Assembly: GCA_038127595.1 (NCBI GenBank) | Contig: JAYPIC010000039.1 | Span: forward strand, 958 to 16,007 | DNA from: a bacterium | GTDB lineage: Bacteria > Fidelibacterota > Marinisomatia > Marinisomatales > UBA1611 | DNA: 15,050 bases | Reading direction: 5' to 3' | Part shown: positions 1 through 7,438 of the stretch, one piece after another | Position numbering within the stretch: position 1 is the stretch's first letter | How the letters are laid out: each line of letters opens with the position of its first letter | Translations under genes and position numbers: made by a program | The notes under the pieces: generated by a model | What the model was told of the DNA's origin: nothing | Databases searched by the model: none | What the model saw: only the letters and a program-made list of their open reading frames with translations

Positions 1-72
1 ACCTTATTCAACATTGAAGGTCTTCCCTCATCACCATTTTCATCTGAATACATGGAAGATATTAATCGATAA
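1..72 (+). CDS. 3' end (partial) of a probable sialate O-acetylesterase (SIAE/SASA-type SGNH esterase)
   Basis: Frame +1 from base 1 reads TLFNIEGLPSSPFSSEYMEDINR then TAA at 70-72. It resembles the C-terminal NL(F/Y)NxEGLPAxPFxxD motif of bacterial sialate O-acetylesterases. Only 23 aa are visible. Confidence 0.7.
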   Translation, partial: TLFNIEGLPSSPFSSEYMEDINR

Positions 73-73
73 A

Positions 74-3000
74 TTATTTTTTCTTTATTCTGAATGTTTT
101 TATTTCAAATGGTTTTAGTTTTATTTTAAAATTACCCTTAACATTCTTTTTCGTACCAATATTTTTCTGTTCCATTAGGTTTGTTTCCACTAAACTCCCT
201 GTGAATTGAATATAACCCTCTGAATTTCTCCCAAGAGTTTCTACAGCTCTAATAATTAACTCATTATTAAACTCACTTTTTTTGATTGCTGAAATTTCAA
301 TTCCTTTTCCAATGAAATTTACCGGACTCTCAATAGATAGGTTCTCATAACCATCAAAAATTATAGGAGTATGATTTAATAAAGTAGATTCTTTAATAAC
401 ATTAGATCTTATTAGATCCTCTTTGTGTGGGTAAAAGCTATAAACAAAACTATGCCTGCCAAGATCTGCATCAGCATCAGGGTTATTGGGAGATCTCAAA
501 AGATTTAGATCAATAGTGTTATCCAATATGGAATAACCATATTTACAGTCATTCATCAGAGCTACTCCATAATCATTGTTTGAAAGGTCTGCAAATTTAT
601 GTCCAACGACCTCAAACTTTGCTCTATCCCAACTAGTGTTTTTATGGGTATTTCTTTTTACATAACCGTATTGTATATCGTAGGAGGCTTGCTCAGACTT
701 AATAATAGTGGGGAAATGGACCCTAAGCATTTTATGTTTTTCACTCCAATCGACAGTAGTATTGAAGTCTAGTCTCTTGGAATCATTAGCTAGAGTTATT
801 TTTTGATCTATTTTAGAATTTCCAATTATATATGAAATTTCTAAAGCACTGCATACATTTCCATTTACAACTTTATTGATATTTTTAATAGATGCTGTTT
901 CAAGAAGTGATTCCTTATAATAAAAATCAATATCCCATGCATCCCAATTAAGGGGTCTGTCTTCATAAAGAGATAGAACATTACCATCATTTTTAAGAAT
1001 ATTAAGTTTAATTTCCTTATCATAAGCAACCTTTAAGGTGCCATTATCATTGAATTCATACCTAACAAATTGATTTTCAAGTATTAATTCAGACTCATTT
1101 TTTGACTGTACCTTCATCTTTTCATCTTTTTTAAATGTTGTAAAAGAAAATGGTTTTAAATGGACATTAATAATTACTTGACCATTTAATATTTGTGTTG
1201 AGTAAGTATGTCCTTCATTCGAGGTGATGTTGTAGCCTTTGTAATCATTTGGAACTATTACTATACCTTTATAGCTGTAAGAAAGTGCATTAACAAGCAC
1301 AAATGATTCTTTTTTTCGTTTAAAAAGATTCGAAGCTGATTTCAGTATCAACTTATCGCAAATATCATGAATTTCATTATACTCATTATGAGTGTTTTTA
1401 TATACTAGATTAATACTGGAACCAGGAATTATATCGTGAAATTGATTTATTAATAATTTTTTCCAAGCATAATCAAGTTCCTCACTAGGATACTTTTTGA
1501 GTTCAATATTAGACCACAAAAACTCCACAGCTTTTAATTTAATCTCAAGTTTTCTATTTTGTTTTTTGACTAAACCATGTGTTGTTAGTGTGCCCCTATG
1601 AAGTTCTAAATAAAGCTCACCAACCCATGTTTCAAGTACAGATTTATTTTTATTTAGCCTTTTAAAGAAGTTTTTTGCTGTGTCAAATGATACCTTGGGT
1701 GCACCCTCAAGATTGTTTATCCTTTTTCCCATTTCAATATTTTCTGGTTTCGGACCGCCTCCACCATCTCCTACACCAAAAAGTGACATAAATTCATTTA
1801 ATTTATCTTTTTCTTTAAACGTTTCTTGAGCAGGCATAATAAATTTAGTGTCAAGCTCACTGTTGTATGTGTTTTCTGGTGGGAAGTGGGTAAGAATTTC
1901 CGTTCCATCTATTCCTCTCCAATTGAATGTTTGAAATGGAAAATCATTAAATTGGTTCCAAGATATCTTTTGGGTTAAAAAATAATCTATTTCAGCAAGT
2001 TTTAAAATTTGAGGTAATGCAGCAGAATAGCCAAACACATCAGGCAACCATAAATTATCTACATCTACTCCAAACTCTTTTTTATAGAAAATTTTACCAT
2101 AGAGTAGTTGTCTAACCATTGACTCGCCGCTAATAAGGTTACAGTCAGCTTCTACCCACATGCCACCTTGAAGTTCCCACTGTCCTTTTTTAACAGCAAT
2201 TTTAATTCTTTTATAGATATCAGGATAATAATCTTTCATGAATTGATAGTGCTGAGGCATAGAAGCACCAAAAACATAATCAGGATATCTTTCTATTAAG
2301 TCAAGCTGAGTTGCAAAGGTTCTAGCACACTTTCGAACAGTTTCTTTTACAGGCCACAGCCAACCTGTATCTATATGTGCATGTCCAACAGCGGCAACTT
2401 TTAACTCTGATGATGTTGCACGCTTGTTTAACTCTTTTTCTAAAATTTTTCTAGAAGCTAGAGCATCTTTTTTATCATCCTTAAATGCATTAGCAGCTTC
2501 ATTTAAAGTTTTTATTATTCTAAGCCGCTGTGTAGAATTATCTTCAAGTTTTTCTACTAGACCTAGAAGAATTCTTACATCTAAATGCAAATGCCAAATA
2601 TCTTCTCGGAAAATTCCAATATCGATTGTTTCAACCTTTGCATCAAATGTCCCATGTCTTTTTGGATTATCTTGATCAGGATCAGCATCTACAAATATAC
2701 CAAATAGTGAGTTTGCAGCTGTTTCTACCCACAATTCAACCTTGCTATTTTTTATACAACTTTTTGGAACTAATACTCGAGTTCTAGCAAAATTTTGATC
2801 CCATATTGATGCATTAGTTATTCCTTGTATTTCTTTACCTTTTGGAGTGTAGACTAAACCTTCACCAGAGAAATCAAGATCGACAATAATCTGTTTTCCA
2901 CGCCACTCTTTTTTGATATTTCCTGTTAGGTGGAACCAAGCGCTTTCCCACTCCTTTCCCCAAGATTTACCTTTTTTTATGTTTTTATATTTAAGTTTAT

Positions 3001-3142
3001 TTCTATTTGCAAAAGGAACGGCTTCTTTTGACCATCCATATTTTGCTGAGAGTGGAGTCCTATCCTCAACAAAATAGCCCAACATCCTAGAATACCATTG
3101 CTCAATTCGTGATACAATTATTTCAGTCTCTTTTTTGTTCAA
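74..3142 (-). CDS. Alpha-mannosidase, glycoside hydrolase family 38 (class IIC, MAN2C1/Ams1-like), no signal peptide
   Basis: 1022 aa. Motifs GHAHIDTGWLWP (Zn ligands), WLPDVFGYS (nucleophile Asp), GDGGGGP, WVGELYLELHRG and NQFHDIIPGSSI. TTG start with AAGGAA (3151-3156, minus strand) 8 nt upstream. Confidence 0.96.
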   Translation of the reverse strand: MNKKETEIIVSRIEQWYSRMLGYFVEDRTPLSAKYGWSKEAVPFANRNKLKYKNIKKGKSWGKEWESAWFHLTGNIKKEWRGKQIIVDLDFSGEGLVYTPKGKEIQGITNASIWDQNFARTRVLVPKSCIKNSKVELWVETAANSLFGIFVDADPDQDNPKRHGTFDAKVETIDIGIFREDIWHLHLDVRILLGLVEKLEDNSTQRLRIIKTLNEAANAFKDDKKDALASRKILEKELNKRATSSELKVAAVGHAHIDTGWLWPVKETVRKCARTFATQLDLIERYPDYVFGASMPQHYQFMKDYYPDIYKRIKIAVKKGQWELQGGMWVEADCNLISGESMVRQLLYGKIFYKKEFGVDVDNLWLPDVFGYSAALPQILKLAEIDYFLTQKISWNQFNDFPFQTFNWRGIDGTEILTHFPPENTYNSELDTKFIMPAQETFKEKDKLNEFMSLFGVGDGGGGPKPENIEMGKRINNLEGAPKVSFDTAKNFFKRLNKNKSVLETWVGELYLELHRGTLTTHGLVKKQNRKLEIKLKAVEFLWSNIELKKYPSEELDYAWKKLLINQFHDIIPGSSINLVYKNTHNEYNEIHDICDKLILKSASNLFKRKKESFVLVNALSYSYKGIVIVPNDYKGYNITSNEGHTYSTQILNGQVIINVHLKPFSFTTFKKDEKMKVQSKNESELILENQFVRYEFNDNGTLKVAYDKEIKLNILKNDGNVLSLYEDRPLNWDAWDIDFYYKESLLETASIKNINKVVNGNVCSALEISYIIGNSKIDQKITLANDSKRLDFNTTVDWSEKHKMLRVHFPTIIKSEQASYDIQYGYVKRNTHKNTSWDRAKFEVVGHKFADLSNNDYGVALMNDCKYGYSILDNTIDLNLLRSPNNPDADADLGRHSFVYSFYPHKEDLIRSNVIKESTLLNHTPIIFDGYENLSIESPVNFIGKGIEISAIKKSEFNNELIIRAVETLGRNSEGYIQFTGSLVETNLMEQKNIGTKKNVKGNFKIKLKPFEIKTFRIKKK

Positions 3143-3199
3143 TGTAAAAATTCCTTATATCAAATTAAAAGTTATACAAAAGTTTTAAGTTACTTAATA

Positions 3200-5521
3200 T
3201 TAAATAGGAGAACCTTCCATTTGTTCTTCAAGTTTTCGTGCAACTGAAAGAAATTCATTAGTGTTCATTTCCTTTAAGTTTACGGCTCCATGGACAGCTC
3301 TTAAATGGGGATTTTTATTTTCATACCAATAGTCTCTTCCTAAAAGTAATTGCAGCTCTTTATGCTGTTCTACCCAAATATTCTGCGAAAGATCGCTAAA
3401 TGGTCCATCAAATTCATAACTAGGAAAAGAAGCTTCCTTTTGACTAAGGTAGCAATTATTAAAGGTAGAACGCAAAATCGACATTGAGTTTAATGTAACA
3501 GGAACTATGATATCTGCTTCATATAGATCAAACCTGTACCAGACATTACGATATCCCCAAATACGTAAATTTGAAAGATCTTCATTTTTACTCCAAATAC
3601 GTACTGCTTCTGCGATCGTTTGTAAAACTTTGTAGTGAGTATCTGGACCGCTCCCTTCAGGGTCAAAAGCAACGGAAATTACTGTTGGCTTAATAGCCTT
3701 TAACTGTTCTAATACAGGGAGTACATCTCTATTTATTTCAGGGTTTTCAGTAAAAACATCTCCTTTATAGAAACCCAAGCGTAAATGATGAATATCAGCA
3801 ACACGAACTCCAAAATTAGCCCAAACTAGTTCTTCCTCATATTCCCTAATCATTCCCTTAAGGCTTTGTACCTCTTTAGAGTTTTTCTCACCATCATAGT
3901 AATTATTTATCTCAGAAGTGATTTTTTCAATAAGTGTAATAAGTTCTGTTTTGCTACTAACGCCATAGATTTCAATTAAAGCTCTAACAAGTCTATGTGA
4001 CATTCCACGCTTTTGTTGTTCAGTATCGTTTCCTGCAATTGAGTCTAGATAATGAAATACATCTTTGTCCCATTTATCTTTATAACCACTACTAAAAAAA
4101 TCGTCAAACCTAATCATTTGAATTTGATCATCAATCAAGAAGGCCTTGGTATCATTTAGTAGGTTCTTTATAAAATCATTTGTTACTGAGGTAAAACCAG
4201 ATGTCATGTTTACAAAATGATGATAATTGCTTGGCTCTCTTATTAACTGAATGATATAAGGCATTAATCCTAACATGATATCATCATGGTGAGGTCCAGT
4301 ATGATAAAAAATTTGATCTGTCTCTGATTTGGATCCTTTTAGGACTTTTTGTTCTACGGCATTTATAACACCAGGAACAGTATTTTTATCTAAATTTGGA
4401 ATGTTTTTACAATGGATATCTTTTTGTAAATCTTCCAGCTCTAGTTTTTTCCCAAAAACATTAATTTTTTTAGATAATTCTAAAATTGATCGTTGAAGTT
4501 TTTGATCGTCCCAAATTCCATTATTCCAATAATCATTTTCAGAATCGGTAAGAGCTTTTGATGCACCTTTCGTAATGTAGAAGCAGCTGTTTTCTAGTTT
4601 AGATAAGGACGTAGCTGGATACTTGACATCGGGCTCGTTTTCAAGTGACTTTTTTATTATTTTTGCTTTTGCTTCACCCGCTGCAATTATAATGCCTGTA
4701 GCCCCTGGGTTATGGGTAATTGTACCTAATCCAATAGTGATGACTAGCCTATTTCTGCTAATCTCAATACCGCCAAGATCAGTTGCTGCTGCTGCTTGGG
4801 TTTCAAAGTTTGTTGTGGTAAGTCTTGTGGTTGAATTATGATCCGAGCCTCTAACATTAAAGGCTATGTGTCCGTCTGGCCCAATACCTCCCAGAAAAAA
4901 GCCAATGCCGCCCATAGAACGAATTTTATCTTCATAATCAGCACACCATTGATCAATTAAAAATATTGACTCTTGTTGTATTTTCTCATGTTCATTTTCT
5001 GCATCTCTAAAGCGAAGAGTTAGGTCAACTATATTATCAGGAAAGACAGTTTTTCTATCATTATTTTCAAAAAGGGGAATGTCGTCTGAATTAATAAGTA
5101 ATGCGTTATCATAGCTTAATCCAAATCCATCCAAATAATATTTGCATACATAGTTATAAAAGCTATTGTGCTGTTTTGGATTTAATGGGTAAAACTCATC
5201 AATTTGTACAAACTTTAATTTAGAAAGGTCTGGTTTTTCTCTTATTTGAAGCCCATTTCTATCTCTTATAGCTTTTACTTCCTTTTTACTCCAATTTTGT
5301 AGTAAATGATGAGTCCATTTAATAAAATATTCTGGAGTTTTTCCAGTAGGCAAACTAATAACTCCCTCAGGATAATCATATGCCCATTCTAAAAATCTAA
5401 GCGAGGTAATTAATCCAAGCTGGGGGAAATTATCTAAAACTATATATGGAATCTGTGATGTTTGATCTTTTATTGATTGTTGATCAAAAAAATGTTTTTC
5501 TACTGAACTAAACTTTTGCAT
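3200..5521 (-). CDS. nagB: Glucosamine-6-phosphate deaminase-like protein fused to a C-terminal PIG-L/LmbE-type de-N-acetylase domain
   Basis: 773 aa. NagB motifs LPTGKTP, QIDEFYPL and GGIGPDGHIAFN in the N-terminal part. The C-terminal half has the PIG-L-type metal motif GPHHDD (P410-D414) and a downstream GPDTH. Confidence 0.88.
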   Translation of the reverse strand: MQKFSSVEKHFFDQQSIKDQTSQIPYIVLDNFPQLGLITSLRFLEWAYDYPEGVISLPTGKTPEYFIKWTHHLLQNWSKKEVKAIRDRNGLQIREKPDLSKLKFVQIDEFYPLNPKQHNSFYNYVCKYYLDGFGLSYDNALLINSDDIPLFENNDRKTVFPDNIVDLTLRFRDAENEHEKIQQESIFLIDQWCADYEDKIRSMGGIGFFLGGIGPDGHIAFNVRGSDHNSTTRLTTTNFETQAAAATDLGGIEISRNRLVITIGLGTITHNPGATGIIIAAGEAKAKIIKKSLENEPDVKYPATSLSKLENSCFYITKGASKALTDSENDYWNNGIWDDQKLQRSILELSKKINVFGKKLELEDLQKDIHCKNIPNLDKNTVPGVINAVEQKVLKGSKSETDQIFYHTGPHHDDIMLGLMPYIIQLIREPSNYHHFVNMTSGFTSVTNDFIKNLLNDTKAFLIDDQIQMIRFDDFFSSGYKDKWDKDVFHYLDSIAGNDTEQQKRGMSHRLVRALIEIYGVSSKTELITLIEKITSEINNYYDGEKNSKEVQSLKGMIREYEEELVWANFGVRVADIHHLRLGFYKGDVFTENPEINRDVLPVLEQLKAIKPTVISVAFDPEGSGPDTHYKVLQTIAEAVRIWSKNEDLSNLRIWGYRNVWYRFDLYEADIIVPVTLNSMSILRSTFNNCYLSQKEASFPSYEFDGPFSDLSQNIWVEQHKELQLLLGRDYWYENKNPHLRAVHGAVNLKEMNTNEFLSVARKLEEQMEGSPI

Positions 5522-5575
5522 GTAGTAAATTATAATTCATATGTAGGCTATGATTGTTATCGTAAAAAAAAATAT

Positions 5576-5599
5576 TAGTATCTTAGTGTTAAGATAGTA
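5576..5599. promoter_or_regulatory. Palindromic operator candidate, copy 1 (TAGTATCTTA-gtgt-TAAGATAGTA), between divergent nagB-like and glycosylasparaginase genes
   Basis: Inverted repeat read directly from sequence. It extends to 13-bp arms over 5573-5602 with one mismatch. A near-identical copy is at 14618-14641. Confidence 0.75.
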
Positions 5600-5660
5600 A
5601 TAATTTATTATAGGTAACTAGGTTAATAATGAAAATTTTTTGTAAAGTTGAAATAATATT

Positions 5661-6614
5661 ATGAAGAGAAGAGAGTTTTTTAAAGCTGGTTTAATTGGGG
5701 CGACACTTCCTGCATTGACATTTGGTAATTCTGAGCTTAAAAGGAACCAGAAAAGTCCAGTGATAATTACTACTCATAACTTTCCAAAGGCCAATGCAGC
5801 TGCTATTGAGGTCTTAGAGAAATACGGGTCATCCATGGATGCAGCAGAAGCAGGGTGTAGGGCTATAGAGGCCGATGAAAATAATAGTAATGCTGGTATT
5901 GGTAGTTTACCAGATGAAAATGGCAGAGTAACACTAGATTCATGTGTAATGGATAGTAGAGGAAATTGTGGTTCAGTAGCATTTTTACAGAATATAGCTC
6001 ATCCAGTTTCAGTGGCTAGAAAGGTGATGGAAGATACAAAACACGTTATGCTTGTAGGGAGAGGTGCAAAAAAGTTTGCAATATCACAGGGTTTTAAGCA
6101 CACTAACTTACTTACAAGAGAGGGTAGAAACGCATGGATGGAGTGGAAAAAGACCAGAAAAGAGATGACTCCGCATGATACTCATGATACTTGTTCTACG
6201 TTAATTCAAGACCATAAAGGCGATATATCCGGTGCATGCACGACAGGAGGGTGGGCTTACAAAATGCATGGCAGAGTAGGAGATAGTCCATTAATTGGTG
6301 CGGGTTTATTTGTAGATAATAACATTGGAGGTGCAGCTGCAACAGGTTTAGGGGAGGAAGTCATTAAATCTTCTGGGAGTTTTTTGGTTGTAGAGCTAAT
6401 GAGACAAGGATATGACCCTGCATCAGCTTGCAAGGAAGCACTCGATAGGGTAATTAGGGCACATAATGGCAGTCCTGACTTTCAAATATGTTACATCGCC
6501 TTAAGAAAAGATGGTGAAGTTGGAGCAGCTTGTCTAAAATGGGCTTTCCCTCATTTAGTTACTATGAAAGGAAGAACTACTTTAAGAAGCATAAAAGGAA
6601 TTTTAGTTAAATAA
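5661..6614 (+). CDS. N4-(beta-N-acetylglucosaminyl)-L-asparaginase (glycosylasparaginase; Ntn-hydrolase, Asparaginase_2 family) with twin-arginine signal peptide
   Basis: 317 aa. Tat motif KRREFFK, then PDENGRVTLDSCVMD, HVMLVG, the HD/T autoprocessing site, ACTTGGWAYKMHGRVGDSPLIGAG and ATGLGEEVI. Confidence 0.9.
   Translation: MKRREFFKAGLIGATLPALTFGNSELKRNQKSPVIITTHNFPKANAAAIEVLEKYGSSMDAAEAGCRAIEADENNSNAGIGSLPDENGRVTLDSCVMDSRGNCGSVAFLQNIAHPVSVARKVMEDTKHVMLVGRGAKKFAISQGFKHTNLLTREGRNAWMEWKKTRKEMTPHDTHDTCSTLIQDHKGDISGACTTGGWAYKMHGRVGDSPLIGAGLFVDNNIGGAAATGLGEEVIKSSGSFLVVELMRQGYDPASACKEALDRVIRAHNGSPDFQICYIALRKDGEVGAACLKWAFPHLVTMKGRTTLRSIKGILVK
6174..6191 (+). repeat. Perfect 9-bp tandem repeat (CATGATACT x2) encoding HDT-HDT at the Ntn autocleavage site
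   Basis: 6174-6182 and 6183-6191 are identical and in frame within the glycosylasparaginase gene. Confidence 0.9.
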
Positions 6615-6638
6615 CTAACATAATAACAAAGAAGTAAG

Positions 6639-7394
6639 ATGAGTAAGATTTCAGAAGAAAATATTATTAGAATATTAAGCAGATTAGATGTGCCTGGTAA
6701 TGCTGCAAAAATATATATCTTTTTATTAAAGAACGGACCTTCAACTGGCTATGCTGTTAGTAAAAGGTCTGGTGTAAATAATGCAGTGGTTTATAGAGAA
6801 CTAGAGAGACTTAAAAATAGAAACTTAGTTTACCAGTTGGGAGTAAAGCCATTAAAGTATGAAGCAATAAATATGGATGGTTTGCTAAAAAATTTAAAAA
6901 AACAAAATAAGACTGAAGAAAAACTACTTGAAAAGTCCCTCAAGGATATTTTAAAAGATAATAAAAATTTAGTCTCAATAAGAATTGATGAATATGATGA
7001 TCTAATGGTCGAGATAAAAAAAGAGATTCTGGCTGCTAAAGAACAGATACTAATTAGGTTATGGTCTGAAGAACTGGAAATTCTTGAAGATGATTTGCGA
7101 AAAATGGAGGATAAAGGAGTAGATATACAGTTATTGTCATTCACACCATTAGAAAACCCAATTGGTGAGACATTTTCGTACAATATTGACCCACACTCTT
7201 TTACAGAAAATTGGCAGCGTGGAATAGCTTTATTCATTGATGAGGAAAGAGTAGTGGTTGGAAACAAAATTGGTAAATATCCAATCCATGGAATGCTCAC
7301 CAATGACCCGTTGATAGCAGAGTCAATCAAGGATCAAATATTATTAGATGTAGAGCTTGTAAAAAATAAAAGAGAAATGCGTAAAAAAAGGTAA
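6639..7394 (+). CDS. TrmB-family sugar-responsive transcriptional regulator
   Basis: 251 aa. N-terminal winged HTH (AKIYIFLLKNGPSTGYAVSKRSGV..AVVYRELERL...LV...PLKYEA), a coiled linker, and a C-terminal effector domain (ILAAKEQILIRLW...LFIDEERVVVG). Lies 24 nt downstream of the glycosylasparaginase gene. Confidence 0.88.
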   Translation: MSKISEENIIRILSRLDVPGNAAKIYIFLLKNGPSTGYAVSKRSGVNNAVVYRELERLKNRNLVYQLGVKPLKYEAINMDGLLKNLKKQNKTEEKLLEKSLKDILKDNKNLVSIRIDEYDDLMVEIKKEILAAKEQILIRLWSEELEILEDDLRKMEDKGVDIQLLSFTPLENPIGETFSYNIDPHSFTENWQRGIALFIDEERVVVGNKIGKYPIHGMLTNDPLIAESIKDQILLDVELVKNKREMRKKR

Positions 7395-7438
7395 ATAAAA
7401 AAGTAAATGTAAATCCTAATTATCATTTTTAATGTAAT

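Noticed and set aside
2424..2675. 83-aa + strand ORF
   Set aside because: Antisense shadow fully inside the well-supported GH38 gene; Ser/Phe/Ile-rich with no motif.
74..3142. Assigning mngB (mannosylglycerate hydrolase) to the GH38 gene
   Set aside because: Family motifs do not discriminate substrate, there is no mngA-type PTS gene, and the neighbours point to N-glycans.
3172..3195. Possible third operator copy upstream of GH38 (TAAGTTACTT at 3186-3195)
   Set aside because: One arm matches 8 of 10 but the partner arm only 4 of 10; not distinguishable from AT-rich background.
4623..4841. 72-aa hydrophobic + strand ORF
   Set aside because: Antisense to the conserved NagB domain; hydrophobicity is an artefact of reverse-complemented codons.
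5523..5546. Possible extra operator copy next to the nagB start (TAGTAAATTA)
   Set aside because: Only the left arm resembles the consensus (8 of 10); the right arm matches 4 of 10.
6830..7330. 166-aa - strand ORF
   Set aside because: Antisense to the TrmB gene; Ser/Phe-rich mirror of Glu/Lys codons.
7381..7438. Short A-rich repeats (AAAAAAG(G)TAAAT) and a possible terminator between convergent trmB and SGNH genes
   Set aside because: Low-complexity sequence with no GC stem; supports neither a repeat element nor an intrinsic terminator.
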